This document shows, in pieces, positions 22,686 through 34,551 of a DNA stretch of 64,000 bases; the stretch's first letter is position 1; every line of letters begins with the position of its first letter. A program made the translations under genes and the position numbers. Origin of the DNA: an uncultured bacterium (GTDB lineage: Bacteria; Verrucomicrobiota; Verrucomicrobiia; Limisphaerales; UBA8199); the NCBI GenBank assembly GCA_963749495.1, contig CAVVMW010000014.1, positions 96,001 to 160,000 on the forward strand, given 5' to 3'. Under the pieces are notes generated by a model. It was not told where the DNA came from. It saw only the letters and a program-made list of their open reading frames with translations, and did no database searches.

Positions 22686-23791
22686 CTACTCCAACCGTTT
22701 CCGGAACATCCAATCGGCCGCCGTCAGCGTGAGCACCGCGATGACGATGAGCGGCCAGAGGCTCTGCCAAAGAACCGCCGGGCCGATGTCCTTGAGAAAG
22801 ACCCCCTTGACGATGACGATGAAGTGGCGCAAGGGATTGAACCAATCAAGGTACTGGAGCCATGCCGGCATGTTCTCGATCGGCGAGGGAAAGCCGGACA
22901 ACAGGATGGCCGGCATCATGAAGCTGAAGACGCCCAGGAAGGCCTGCTGCTGGGTGGCGCAAACCGAGGAGATGAACAGCCCGCAGCCGACCAGGGCCAG
23001 GATGTAGAACACCATGCTGCCGTAAAGCAGCAGCAGCGACCCCTGGAAAGGAATCCGATAGACAAACACCCCGGCGCAGAGAATGATCGTGGCCTGAAAC
23101 ATCGCCACGAGCAAGGCCGGGACCGCCTTGCCGACCATGATCATGCCAGGGGTCAAAGGCGAGACCAGGAGTTGGTCGAAGGTGCCCTGTTCCTTCTCCC
23201 GCGCCACCGAGAGCGAGCTGACCACCATGGTGCCGACGGTCGTGATAATCGCCACCAGGCAGGGGAGGATGTGCCGGACGTAGTCCAGGTTCGGATTGAA
23301 CCAGTGCCGGACCAGGATTTTGGAGGGGGCGATGCTTGCCTGCGCCGACTGGCGGTCCTCCAGGTAGCCCTGAAGGATCTGCCGGACGTAACCCAGGGCG
23401 ATCTGGCCGCTGTTGGAGCGGCGTCCGTCCAGGATGGCCTGGAACGCGGCCAGCGGCAGGCCGAGACGTTGCGCGAAAAATCGGCCGGGAACTGCAGCAC
23501 CAGCAGCGCCTCCTGTCCGTCCAGGGCCCGCCGCATTTCAGCCGGGCTGCGCAAGGCCAGCAGCCGGGTGAAGGCCCGGGCCTTGGCCAGGCGCTGGATC
23601 AGCTCGAACGACTCCGCCCCGCCGTCCTGGTTCAACACCGCCAGCGTATTGTTTTTCACCTCGAGTGTGGCGGCGAACGGGAAGATGGCCAATTGCAGCA
23701 GCACCGGCATGATCAGCAGCATCCGCCCCTGCCGGTCCTGCAGCAGGGTCTGCAGCTCCTTGATAATCAGCTTTGCGATGCGATGGAACAT
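22686..23791 (-). CDS. ABC-2 permease (YbhR-like), frameshifted
   Basis: [39 protein letters not shown]. Confidence 0.85.
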
Positions 23792-23801
23792 GGATCAAAG
23801 C

Positions 23802-24956
23802 TCACTTCGAGCCGTTTCCGTGTCTTGAGGGCAGTCAGGCCGATAAACACGGCGGAGGCGGCCGCCAGGAAGAGGCTGCTCTCCAGGAGCACCGCCCAGA
23901 CATCGCCTGCCTGGAAGAGCGTTTGCATCGCGCTCACGAAGTAGCGGGAGGGGATGAGATAGGTTACCGCGCGGATGGCGGCGGGCATGCTGCGGATTTC
24001 GTAGATGAAACCCGAGAGCATGACGGCCGGGAGAAAGGCGGCATTGAGGGCGGCCTGGGCGGCATTGAACTGGTTGCGGGTGACCGTCGAGAGCAGCAAA
24101 CCCAGGCCGAGGGCGCTGCCCAGAAAGAGCGAGCCCACCAGCCACAACACCGCCACCGAACCGCGAAAGGGCACGCCCAACAGGAAAACCGACACCCCAA
24201 CGCATATAAGCAACGAGATCATCCCCAGCGCGTAATAGGGCAGGAGCTTGCTGAGCAAGAGCTCTGCCCGCGTCACCGGCGAGGCCAGGAGCGCCTCCAT
24301 CGTGCCGCGTTCCCATTCGCGCGCCACGACCAGCGAGGTCAGCAGCGCGCCGATTACCGTCATGATGACCGTGATCGAGCCGGGATCAGGTAGTTGCGGC
24401 TCTCGGCGGCCGGGTTGAACCAGAAGCGCGGCTCCAGCGCCACCGCCGCATCGGGCTCCTCCCCTGCCCCGCCGGCCCCGGGCGCCCCGCGCTCCGCCGC
24501 GCGCTGCGCCAGCCAGCCCTCCCAGGCGCCCCGGACATAGTTCTCCACGAAACTGGCCGTGTTCGGCTCCGCCCCATCCGTTACCACCAGCAGCGGCGCC
24601 GTCTGGCCCGGCTCCTTGAGCTTGCGCGCAAAATCCGGCGGCACCACCACAAAGCCCCGCACCCGGCCCTCGACCAGGTCCTTCTCGAATTGCTCCTGCG
24701 TGCGGCCCGCCTGCACGCGCAGGTAGGGCGAGCCAAACAGGCTGTCGGCAAAATGCCGCGCCTCCGGGCCGCTGTCCTCCAGGACCAGACCCACCCTCAG
24801 GCCCGGCGTGTCGAGGCTGATTCCGTAGCCGTAGATGAAGAGCATCACCACCGGCAGGATGAAGGCGATGATGTTGCTGCTGGGATCACGCAGGATCTGC
24901 AGCGTCTCCTTCTTGCAAAGCGCCCGGAGCCGGCGCAGGAATGCACGGAATTTCAT
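23802..24956 (-). CDS. ABC-2 permease (YbhS-like), frameshift near 24385
   Basis: [36 protein letters not shown]; 3' end uncertain. Confidence 0.85.
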
Positions 24957-26668
24957 ATTGAGGCATCATGCGCTTTCACCAGCGCGATGAACGCGTCTTC
25001 CATGGAGGGTTCGGGGTCCTGGGGGCTGGCCGTCTGTTGCTTAAGCTGGTCGGGCGTGCCGCAGGCAATGATCTGACCGCGGAACACCAGGGCGATGCGA
25101 TCGCAGTACTCGGCCTCGTCCATGAAATGCGTGGTGACCATGACGGTGACCCCCTTTTCCACCAGGCCGTTGATGTGCGTCCAGAACTCGCGCCGAGTAA
25201 CGGGGTCGACACCCGAGGTCGGCTCGTCCAGAAAGAGGATGTCGGGGTCGTGCATCAACGCACAGGCCAGGGCCAGGCGCTGCTTGAAGCCCAGCGGCAG
25301 CGTGTCCGGTGTGGTCTCCAGGAAGGGAGCCAGCTTGAAGACCTCGACCATCCCGGCCACGACCTGCTGCTGGCGCGCGCCGCTCAGGCCATAGACGCCG
25401 GAAAAGAATGCCAGGTTCTGCGATACGGTCAAACCCGTGTAGAGCGAGAATTTCTGCGCCATGTACCCCAGGCGCTGCCGGGCGCGGCTGGGACTGCGTT
25501 TCAGATCGATCCCCATCACGTGCGCGGTGCCGGAGGTCGGCCTCAGCAGCCCGCACATCATCCGGAAAATGGTCGACTTGCCCGCCCCGTTGGGCCCCAG
25601 CAAGCCGAAGATCTCGCCTCGCCTCACGGCGAAGCTGATCCGGTCGGCTGCAGTGAAGTTCCCGAACCGGCGGGTCAGCTCGACGGCCTCGACAACCGGC
25701 CGCCCATCGCCCAGGATCGGGTGTGCCCGTTGGGCCAGGGCCGAGTCGCCGCCGGGGCCGCCCCCCAGCACATCGATGAAGGCGTCCTCAAAGCGCGGCT
25801 CGACCGGGACCAGCCTCGCGGTCTGGCCGGCCTCGAACTGGGGCGGGGCGCTGCCGGGGCGGAGCACCAACCGGACGGTCTGGCCCTGGATGACGCCATC
25901 GAGGACCTCGTCGCGGCGCAGGGCCACGGCCAGGAACTGCCGGCGGCTGCCCTGGAAGTCGCGCGCCTGGAGGCAGCGCCCGCGCACCCGGGCCGTCAAA
26001 TCGCCCGGCTTGCCCGCGAAGAGCAGCCGGCCTTCGTTGAGCAGCCACACCTGGGCGCACAGCTCCGCCTCGTCCAGGTAGGCCGTGCTCCAGACCACCG
26101 TTTTGCCTTGCTCGACCAGTTCATGGACCATCCTCCATAATTCGCGCCTCGAAATCGGGTCCACGCCCACACCCGGTTCGTCCAGCAGCAGCAGCCGCGG
26201 TTGCCCCAGCAGGGCGCAGGCAAGGCCCAGCTTCTGTTTCATGCCGCCCGAGAGCTTGCCTGCCAGCCGCCCCGCAAACCCCTCAAGCCCGCTGAAGGCC
26301 AGCAGCCGCCCGAACGCCGCCTCCCGCTCCGGCCCAAGCACTCCCCGCAGGTCCGCGTGCAGGTCCAGGTTCTCCTGCACCGAAAGGTCTTCGTAGAGCC
26401 CGAACTTCTGCGGCATGTAGCCGATGAATTCCCGCAACTCGCCCCCCCTCCGGCTCGGGTCCAGCCCGTTGACTTCGATGCTCCCCGCTGACGGGGCCAG
26501 CAGCCCGGCGATCAACCGCATCAATGTCGTCTTGCCCGCGCCGTCGGGCCCCACCAGGCCCGTGACCATGCCCGCGCGCACCGACGCCGTAATCCCCGCC
26601 AACGCCGGGCGCGCCGCGCCCTTGAACGTCTTCTCCAGAGCCTTCACATGGGCCAAAATCTCAGGCAT
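24953..26668 (-). CDS. ABC transporter ATP-binding protein with two ATPase domains (YbhF-like)
   Basis: GPDGAGKTT and GPNGAGKST Walker A motifs, LSGGMKQKL, two DEP Walker B motifs. Confidence 0.92.
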   Translation of the reverse strand: MPEILAHVKALEKTFKGAARPALAGITASVRAGMVTGLVGPDGAGKTTLMRLIAGLLAPSAGSIEVNGLDPSRRGGELREFIGYMPQKFGLYEDLSVQENLDLHADLRGVLGPEREAAFGRLLAFSGLEGFAGRLAGKLSGGMKQKLGLACALLGQPRLLLLDEPGVGVDPISRRELWRMVHELVEQGKTVVWSTAYLDEAELCAQVWLLNEGRLLFAGKPGDLTARVRGRCLQARDFQGSRRQFLAVALRRDEVLDGVIQGQTVRLVLRPGSAPPQFEAGQTARLVPVEPRFEDAFIDVLGGGPGGDSALAQRAHPILGDGRPVVEAVELTRRFGNFTAADRISFAVRRGEIFGLLGPNGAGKSTIFRMMCGLLRPTSGTAHVMGIDLKRSPSRARQRLGYMAQKFSLYTGLTVSQNLAFFSGVYGLSGARQQQVVAGMVEVFKLAPFLETTPDTLPLGFKQRLALACALMHDPDILFLDEPTSGVDPVTRREFWTHINGLVEKGVTVMVTTHFMDEAEYCDRIALVFRGQIIACGTPDQLKQQTASPQDPEPSMEDAFIALVKAHDASI

Positions 26669-26732
26669 TGGACGAACACAAGGGACAACAAAGAACCAAA
26701 GCGATGCAGCCGGTCAAAGCGTTTTGGGCGGT

Positions 26733-27722
26733 TCACCCATCGCGATTCACTCTCACCGTGACCGGCATCCCCTGGCGCAAACCCTCGTCAGGGTCGCTCA
26801 CCACCACGCGCAGGCGATAGACTAGCGAGGTCCGCAGCTCGGGCGTCTCGACGTTCTTGGGGGTGAACTCGGCTCGGGGTGAGATGTAGCCTATCTGGCC
26901 GGAGTAGGGTCTGTCCGGACGGGAATCGGTATAGACCTGGACCTTCATGCCGGGGTGCGTGCGGCCCAGGTCCGGCTCCGGGATGTAGGCGCGCACCCAG
27001 ACCGGCCGGGTTAGCGAGACCGTGAGGACCGTCGTGCCGGCCTGGACGACGGCGCCGGGCTCCTGGGCGCGCGTGAGGACCACACCGTTGCAGGGGGCCT
27101 TCATCTGGGCGTCCTCAAGCCGGAGCTGGGCGCTGGACAGCGCTGCCTCGGCCCGGGAAAGGTCGGCTTTGGCCTGGGCTATCTCCTCGCGGCGAAACCC
27201 CGCCTCGAGCAAGGCCAGTTGTTCGCGGGCGGACTTGAGCCGCGCCTCGGCCTCGCGACAACTCGCCTCGGCATCGTCTCGCTCCTGCACAGGGATGTTC
27301 TTGTTGGCAAAGAGTTCCTCCTGGCGCTTGAGCAGCCGTCCGGCATTGGCGGCGAAGACCTCTCGCTCGCCGACCAGGGCCCGGGCCTGCGCTATCTCTT
27401 CCGGGCGATTGCCTGCCTCCAGCAACTGGAGCCGCGCCCGCAACGACGCCGCCTGCCCCCGCGCCTCCTCGACCTCCCACCGATACGGCTCAGGATCCAA
27501 CCCCGCCAGCACCTCCCCGGCTTTGGCCACGTCGCCCTCGTCCAGGGCCACCTCCAGAATCTTGCCGGGCACTCGAAAACCGAGGTTGACCTCGCGGATA
27601 TCGACGTTTCCATACAACGTCAACCCGGCCGGCTCAGCCTTGCTACGGTGCGATTTGAAGAACCAGCCGGCCAGGCCCGCCAGAACAAGCGCCACGACCA
27701 CCAGGATGATCGGTTTTTTCAT
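26733..27722 (-). CDS. HlyD-family membrane fusion protein (YbhG-like)
   Basis: LYGNVDIREVNLGFRV, coiled coil, ISPRAEFTPKNVET..LRTSLVYR, LRQGMPVTV. Confidence 0.9.
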   Translation of the reverse strand: MKKPIILVVVALVLAGLAGWFFKSHRSKAEPAGLTLYGNVDIREVNLGFRVPGKILEVALDEGDVAKAGEVLAGLDPEPYRWEVEEARGQAASLRARLQLLEAGNRPEEIAQARALVGEREVFAANAGRLLKRQEELFANKNIPVQERDDAEASCREAEARLKSAREQLALLEAGFRREEIAQAKADLSRAEAALSSAQLRLEDAQMKAPCNGVVLTRAQEPGAVVQAGTTVLTVSLTRPVWVRAYIPEPDLGRTHPGMKVQVYTDSRPDRPYSGQIGYISPRAEFTPKNVETPELRTSLVYRLRVVVSDPDEGLRQGMPVTVRVNRDG

Positions 27723-27881
27723 GTGTCATTCCGGGATGCAGAGATCCCGGCGCCAGGAGTGTTTAGCAAAGCCTCCTGTGCCACAAGCACGAATGCCCTT
27801 AGATCCGTCTGCCCGGGCGACTCATGCTTGACGTGCGCGCGCGGCCTGAGGATGCTGCAGGCCGCTAAACTGAATCCGCGC

Positions 27882-28829
27882 ATGAGAACGAGAATCGAGA
27901 AGCTGGTTGGCACCGTGGCGGCAATGGCCCTGGGCCTCTGCCTGGCAGCCGGGCCTGCGGGGGCCGCGGCGGCCACCCGGAAGGCCCCTGGCCGGGCGCG
28001 CGTGCCCGTCACCGCCCGCAATCCTTACCTCGGCGCCATCGTGGTGGACGGCGCCGCCGGGCGTGTTTTGTTCGAGAACGGGGCGGACGCCAAAGGCTAT
28101 CCGGCCAGCGTGCTCAAGCTGATGGACCTGTTGATACTCCTGGAGAAGGTCGAACGTCACGAACTGACCTTGCAGGACCCGGTCACCGCCAGCGCCAAGG
28201 CCTCCCACACCGGGGGAACTCGCGTCTGGCTGGCGGAGAAGGAAACCTTCACCCTGGACGAGATGCTCTATGCCCTCATGGTCCGGTCGGCCAACAACGT
28301 GGCCGTGGCCCTGGCGGAAAAGGTGGCCGGCTCGACCGACGGCTTTGTCGAGTTGATGAACCGGCGCGCCAAGGAGTTAGGCATGCGCAGTACCCTCTTC
28401 CACTCCGTCCACGGATTACCCCCGAGCGCAGGCCAACAACCTGACATCACCACGGCGCGCAACCTCTCCATCCTCTGCCTGGAATTGCTCAAGCATCCCG
28501 ACACCCTCCGCTACACCTCGACCCGCCGGCGGCCCTTTCGCACCAATGTCCCGAATAAGACGGTGGATATGACGACGCACAACCATCTGTTGGGCCATCT
28601 CGAAGGCTGCGACGGCCTCAAAACCGGCTTCATCAGCGCCGCCGGCTATTCCATCGCCGTGACCGCCGCCCGCCACGGCCAGCGCGTCATCACCGTTGTC
28701 CTGGACAGCACCGACCGTCGCGTCCGTGATGCCAAGGCCGCCGAACTCACTGCCAAAGGCTTCGCCACCCTGGCTGCAGCCAATGGCGCTGCCGCCCCCA
28801 CCCCAGCCCGCGCCGGGGTGCGAAATTGA
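27882..28829 (+). CDS. D-alanyl-D-alanine carboxypeptidase (peptidase S11)
   Basis: SxxK (PASVLK), SxN (SAN) and KTG motifs; signal peptide. Confidence 0.9.
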   Translation: MRTRIEKLVGTVAAMALGLCLAAGPAGAAAATRKAPGRARVPVTARNPYLGAIVVDGAAGRVLFENGADAKGYPASVLKLMDLLILLEKVERHELTLQDPVTASAKASHTGGTRVWLAEKETFTLDEMLYALMVRSANNVAVALAEKVAGSTDGFVELMNRRAKELGMRSTLFHSVHGLPPSAGQQPDITTARNLSILCLELLKHPDTLRYTSTRRRPFRTNVPNKTVDMTTHNHLLGHLEGCDGLKTGFISAAGYSIAVTAARHGQRVITVVLDSTDRRVRDAKAAELTAKGFATLAAANGAAAPTPARAGVRN

Positions 28830-28912
28830 AAAGCGTTTCGGGCTGGGCAACGGTCCATGGAAACGGGCAAGAGGAACTTGACACCAAACGGGGGTGGCGG
28901 AGTACCCTCATC

Positions 28913-29654
28913 ATGATGCGAAACCAATTCGCCCTGGCTCTGTGTCTGGCCGGCGGATTGGTGTGTCTGGCCGGCTCGACCCTGCACGCCAATCCGCTCA
29001 AGGATCCTAAGCGCATCCTCAGCGGAGGGACGGTTCAACCTGGACCCCTTGTTCCGCTGGTGGACCAACCGGCACGGGGCGCGCCCCCTGACCGCCTGGG
29101 TACACATCACCGGTCCCGTGGCTGCAACCAACGGCTGGAACTGGATCATTCAGGCCCGGCTCGATACCCCTCGCGCCCGCGCCAAGGCCCCCGACCATGA
29201 CGGCGCAACGGCAAATGGAGAGGTTCGGATCACCCTGCAACACCCGCCGGTCTGGGAACTGCAGGAGTTTGCGCGCTTGACCGCCCAACTCCAGGCCCTG
29301 AACGACCAGGCCCAAGCCCTCTCCAACCAGGTCAGCGCCGCCGCTGCGCGCATCCGCCAGATCCACTCCAGCCGCCTCCGGTCGCGGCTCCTGGCCCTGG
29401 AGGCCAGGGAGTTAACCGCCTCCGAAAACCAGGCCAAGGCGCTACTGGCAGCCGTCAGGCGCCAAATCGCCGATTGCCGGGCAAGACTGGCGGCCTATCC
29501 CAGCGGCGCCAAATACACCGTGGATTGCCTGGCCCTGGACACGGGCGGAGAATTGGACGGCCTCCCGATCTATGATTACGGCGTGCCGGCGCACAGAAGC
29601 TCGGATTCGAGTGCCGCCGCGCCCAAGCCCGCTGCCGACGCTGCCCACCGTTAG
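28913..29654 (+). CDS. Hypothetical secreted protein with coiled coil; frameshift near 29040
   Basis: Signal peptide MMRNQFALALCLAGG in one frame continues into ORF 29049-29654. Confidence 0.55.
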
Positions 29655-29705
29655 GAACGGCCTGCCCCTTGACACGTCCTCTGGCCCGGGCCAATTTGGC
29701 CGCTA

Positions 29706-31105
29706 ATGAACCCGGCATGGGCCAAACCAAGACCACTCCGCATCTTGCAGAGCGCCTCACCCTCTGCTCTGAGTCCCGGCGCTGTCGCCCTCTGCCGCAG
29801 CCTGCTCGTGCTCGTTCTGGCGGCCGGGCGGTTGCCCGGCGCAGAGGCCCAACTGCCGCCCAACCCGCAGCCTGTGAAAACGCCCTTCCTGCTCTTGCCT
29901 GATCGAGTCTTCGACACCGCAGACGGCACGACCCACGCCGGCTGGGCCGCGCTGGTCGTCAGCAACACCATCGAACGCGGTCGGCCCCGCGGCCCAACTC
30001 CAGGGCCAAGCGCCGCCGGAAACCACCCGCATCGAACTGCCGGGCATGACCCTGCTCCCCGGCCTGATGGACCTGCACTCCCACCTCTTTCTCCATCCTT
30101 ATAATGAGGCCCTGTGGGACGACCAAGTGCTCAAAGAGCCCGTGGCCTATCGCTCCATCCTGGCGGCCATACACGCCCGGGATACCCTCCTGGCGGGCTT
30201 CACCCTGCTGCGCGACCTGGGCACCGAAGGGGCAGGCTTTTCCGATCTGTCCATCCAGCGCGCTATCCGCGAAGGCTTGATCCCCGGCCCACGCCTCCAG
30301 GTCGCTACCAAGGCCATCGTGGCCACCGCCTCCTATGCCCCCGGACCCCGGGGCTACGCCGAAAATGTCATCCTGCCCAAGGGCGCCCAGGAGGCCAGCG
30401 GCATCCCCGAAATCCTCAAGGCGGTGCGCGAGCAGGCCGGCGCTGGCGCGGATTCGGATCAAGGTCTATGCCGATTTCAGCAGAGGTCCCCAAGGCAAAG
30501 AAGCGCCCACCTTCAGCCTCGAGGAGTTGCGCGCCCTGGTCGAGGAAGCTCATTCTGCCGGGCGCCCCGTCTCCGCTCACGCCGTGACCGCCGAGGGCAT
30601 GCGCCGCGCCATCATGGCGGGAGTTGACACAATCGAACACGGCTACGCCGGCACCGACGAGGTCTTTCGCCTCATGGCTGCCAAAGGGGTCGCCTATCTG
30701 CCCACCCTCACGGCCGTTGAGGCCTACGCCCAGTACTCCCATGGCTACAAACCCGGCCAAACCCCTTACACCGCCCAAATGCAAGAGGCCCTCCGCTCGT
30801 TCAAGTCCGCCCTGGACAACCGGGTCATCATTGGCCTGGGCAGCGACGTGGGCGTCTTCCGCCACGGTGACAACTACCGCGAGCTGGAATGGATGGTGCG
30901 CGGCGGCATGACCCCAGCCCAGGCCCTCCTGGCGGCCACGGCCATCAACGCCAAGATCCTCCACAGGGAGGACTCGCTCGGCCACATCCGTCCCCGGATG
31001 CTCGCCGACCTTATCGCCGTCGCCGGCGATCCCACGGCCCGAATCGAGGCCGCGCGCGACGTGCGTTTCGTGATGAAGGATGGCGTCGTGTGGAAGCGGC
31101 CGTGA
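29706..31105 (+). CDS. Metal-dependent amidohydrolase (Xaa-Pro dipeptidase-like); frameshifted
   Basis: TLLPGLMDLHSH, GFT..RDLG, SAHA, IEHG, GSDVG, ADLIAV.GDP, FVMKDG. Confidence 0.85.
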
Positions 31106-31117
31106 AGCAGATCAGTA

Positions 31118-31612
31118 TCACGCTCCGCCCGGGTGGCTCTGCTCGATGGCGAAGAGGAGGTACTTTTCGCCCTCGTGTTGGAAGGGCAAGGTGTGGATCA
31201 GGAAATCCTGGGGGCTTGGCGTCAGATTGATGAGGCGCGTGACGCGGCACTGGATGGAGGGCTTCTGGCCGGCCAGGGCCGCCAGGATGGCCTGGGCAGC
31301 GCCGCATTCCTCGCAAGAGACCGAGGTGCCGCACCCGGCCTCCATGTCGTGCGCGTGCAGGCAATCGAGCGCCTCGCCGGGGCGCAGTCCGACGATCAAC
31401 TCCAGGCTCCGGTTCTGCAGCAGGCCCTGCACGGGCCGGCTGGCATAGACAATCTGCCGCTGCACGTTGAGGATGAAAACGCCATGGCCAACCGAGTCGA
31501 GCAACTCCCTCGCGATAGGCGATTGCTCCACCGCCGCCTGCTGCCGATGAACCACGTCAATCGGCACCCGCTCCGCCGGCATGAATTCGGTTGCCAGGAT
31601 CCGCGTGCTCAT
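31118..31612 (-). CDS. Stand-alone Cys-rich PAS-like sensor domain protein
   Basis: LLDSV...VFILN..RQIVYAS, GLRPGEALDC.HA, GCGTS..CEECGA. Confidence 0.65.
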   Translation of the reverse strand: MSTRILATEFMPAERVPIDVVHRQQAAVEQSPIARELLDSVGHGVFILNVQRQIVYASRPVQGLLQNRSLELIVGLRPGEALDCLHAHDMEAGCGTSVSCEECGAAQAILAALAGQKPSIQCRVTRLINLTPSPQDFLIHTLPFQHEGEKYLLFAIEQSHPGGA

Positions 31613-31771
31613 TGTCTGCCTTCCATTGTTCTTGGTGTCTGCGCCCGCACATCAGGCCCTGTCGCTCATTTGGACACGTCCGCGATGGAAATCAAGCTCG
31701 ATTTTCGACGCCCCCATCAATGCCATCAATTGGGCGTAAGACAGAATTCTTCGGATCGGACGGTATCTGTG

Positions 31772-31969
31772 CACCGCGGAGCGGTGACTGACGGTAGCCG
31801 TGGACTTCAGTCCACGGGACCCACGGCCAAACACCACCTGCGTCGCGTAGCGACGCCTGCGGCCTGGAGGGCGTGGGCAGGTCGGGCGTCGCTGCGCGAC
31901 GCGCTGCCATTCCCATGCCCTGAACCGTGGACCGAGGTCCACGGCTACCTTCGGATCATCGCTACGCGA
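31772..31969. repeat. REPIN-like palindromic element, family A, copy 2
   Basis: Same arms as 16539-16730. Confidence 0.85.
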
Positions 31970-32115
31970 TGAGCCGGATCGGACCAGTGCCTGGATTTCT
32001 GAAGACAATATCCTTCGACCGCCGTCGCGAATCCTATCGCACGAAGAGTTTTGTCCTGCGCCCCATCAATTCCCTGCTTGCCAACCGACGGCCGGCACCT
32101 AAAGTTCGGAGCACA

Positions 32116-34551
32116 ATGAAAAGCCAGAAGTTAGCACCCAGGTTGGTCCTGTTTGCCTCGATGATCTGCTGTTCTCTGCCATGCGCGGCGCTCGATCTGA
32201 AGGAGGCGGTAGTGGTCTGCGCGCCGGGGCTGTCAGGTCCAGCCCGGCAGGCAGTGGTGATGCTTGTCGAGGAGGTGGAGAGGCGCACCGGCATCCGCTG
32301 GCCGCAGGCGACGAACTGGCCCTCGGCGGGAGTGCCGGCGGTGTGCGTGGGTTTGAAGTCGGAGATGCAATGGTTGGGCGGGGTCGATTGGGAGGGGTTG
32401 CAGCGGTCGGCTGGGCCCGAGGGCGCCGAAGGCTATCGGCTGTGCGTCCGCCCAGGGGGAACGCGCGCTGCGGTCTTGGTGCTTGGCAACGACCCGCGAG
32501 GCGTGTTGTTCGGCGTGGGCAGGCTGCTGCGCGAATTGAGGATGGAACGCGGGCAGATCGCGGCGGGTGACGGCCTGGACATCGCCACCGTGCCCAAATA
32601 CCCGCTGCGAGGCCACCAACTCGGCTACCGGCCCAAGTGCAATTCCTACGATGCCTGGGACTTGCCGGTCTGGGAACAATACCTGCGCGACCTGGCGGTC
32701 TTCGGCTGCAACGCGATCGAGTTGATACCACCGCGCTCGGATGACGCTGCCGACAGCCCGCACTTTCCCCGGCCGCCCGCCGAGATGATGGCCGGCATGT
32801 CCCGGTTGGCAGATGCCTATGGATTGGACGTTTGGGTCTGGTATCCTGCGATGGACAAGGACTATTCGGAGCCACAGACCGTCGAGTCGGCGTTGCGCGA
32901 GTGGGGCGCCGTCTTCGAGCGGCTGCCGCGCCTGGATGCGGTCTTCGTCCCCGGCGGCGACCCGGGCCACACGCGGCCCAAGCACCTGATGGCCTTGCTG
33001 GAGCAACAGACCCGGAACCTGCACCGCTACCATCCCAAGGCCCGAATGTGGGTCTCGCCGCAGAGCTTCAACCAGGAGTGGCTGGATGAGTTCGTGGACA
33101 TTCTCCAACGCGAGCAGCCTGCCTGGTTGAGCGGCGTGGTCTTCGGACCCCAGGTCCGCATCAGCCTGCCCAGGCTGCGGCAACTGGTCCCGGCCCAGTA
33201 CCCCATCCGTCATTACCCGGACATCACCCACTCGCGCCAGTGCCAATATCCTGTGCCGGATTGGGACCTGGCCTACGCGGTGACTGAAGCGCGGGAGTGC
33301 ATCAATCCGCGGCCGGAAGGCGAGGCTGCCATCTTCCGCAAGACCCAGCCCCAGACCATTGGCTTCCTGACCTACTCGGAGGGGTGCAACGACAACCTCA
33401 ACAAGGCCGTCTGGAGCGCCCTGGGCTGGGACCCGGAGGCTAATGTGCTGGACATCCTCCGGCAGTTCAGCCGCTATTTCATCGGCCAGCGATACACGGA
33501 CGATTTCGCGCAGGCGCTCCTGGCCCTGGAGCGAAACTGGCAGGGTCCCCTGCTGGCCAACCGGGGCGTCGAGGACACTTTGGCCCAGCTCCAGGCCCTG
33601 GAGAACGCGGCCTCGCCGGCGGACCTGAAAAACTGGCGCTTTCAGCAGGCCCTCTTTCGCGGTTACTATGATGCCTATATTCGGCAGCGGCTGATTTACG
33701 AAACGGACCTGGAGGCGCAAGCGATGGCCTGCCTGCGCACCGCCCCGGCCGTCGGGGCCGCCAGGGCCATGTCCGCAGCCCAAACGGCGCTGGACCTGGC
33801 TCTGAGCCGCCCGGTGAACGCGGACTGGCGTCTGCGCATCCACCAGTTGGCAGAGGCCCTCTTTCAGAGCATCGGGATGCAGTTGAGCGTCCAGCGATAC
33901 CAGGCCATCGCCGTGGACCGCGGGGCCAGCCTCGATACATTGGATTTCCCGCTCAACAACCGGCCCTGGCTCGAACATCGGTTCGCCCAAATCCGCAAAC
34001 TGCCCGCCGAACCGGACCGGCTCAGGGCTCTGGACGAGATCCTTCAATGGACTAACCCTGGCCCGGGCGGATTTTACGACAACCTGGGCAACGCCGCCTC
34101 CCAACCCCATCTGCTGCGCGGCGCTTGTTTCGCCCAGGACCCGGGTTGCTACGAGTCCAGCCGCGTCGATTTCGAAGAGGACCTTGTCCTCGACGACCCC
34201 CTGGACGATGCGGGTGTGCCGCGCCGCCTCTCGTGGATGGACCATGCGGAGACGCTCTACGATGCGCCGTTGCGCATGGCCTACTCGGGCCTCGACCCGG
34301 AGGCCCGCTACAAGGTCCGCGTGCTTTACGGCGGCGACAATCCGCGGCGGAAGATCCGGCTCGTGGCCAACGACTCGATCCAGGTGCACCCCTACCTCAC
34401 CCGGCCGCGCCCGTTCAAACCGCTTGAATTCCCCCTGCCCCATGCCGCCACGCGCACGGGCAGGCTCACGTTGAGCTGGTCGGCCGAACCCGGCCTGGGC
34501 GGCAACGGCCGCGGATGCCAGGTCTCGGAGGTGTGGGTGATGAAGGAATGA
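32116..34551 (+). CDS. Secreted putative glycoside hydrolase (GH20/GH67-like N-terminal domain plus TIM barrel)
   Basis: Signal peptide; EGYRL, GNDPRGVLFGVGRLLR, PKYPLRGHQLGYR. Confidence 0.65.
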   Translation: MKSQKLAPRLVLFASMICCSLPCAALDLKEAVVVCAPGLSGPARQAVVMLVEEVERRTGIRWPQATNWPSAGVPAVCVGLKSEMQWLGGVDWEGLQRSAGPEGAEGYRLCVRPGGTRAAVLVLGNDPRGVLFGVGRLLRELRMERGQIAAGDGLDIATVPKYPLRGHQLGYRPKCNSYDAWDLPVWEQYLRDLAVFGCNAIELIPPRSDDAADSPHFPRPPAEMMAGMSRLADAYGLDVWVWYPAMDKDYSEPQTVESALREWGAVFERLPRLDAVFVPGGDPGHTRPKHLMALLEQQTRNLHRYHPKARMWVSPQSFNQEWLDEFVDILQREQPAWLSGVVFGPQVRISLPRLRQLVPAQYPIRHYPDITHSRQCQYPVPDWDLAYAVTEARECINPRPEGEAAIFRKTQPQTIGFLTYSEGCNDNLNKAVWSALGWDPEANVLDILRQFSRYFIGQRYTDDFAQALLALERNWQGPLLANRGVEDTLAQLQALENAASPADLKNWRFQQALFRGYYDAYIRQRLIYETDLEAQAMACLRTAPAVGAARAMSAAQTALDLALSRPVNADWRLRIHQLAEALFQSIGMQLSVQRYQAIAVDRGASLDTLDFPLNNRPWLEHRFAQIRKLPAEPDRLRALDEILQWTNPGPGGFYDNLGNAASQPHLLRGACFAQDPGCYESSRVDFEEDLVLDDPLDDAGVPRRLSWMDHAETLYDAPLRMAYSGLDPEARYKVRVLYGGDNPRRKIRLVANDSIQVHPYLTRPRPFKPLEFPLPHAATRTGRLTLSWSAEPGLGGNGRGCQVSEVWVMKE

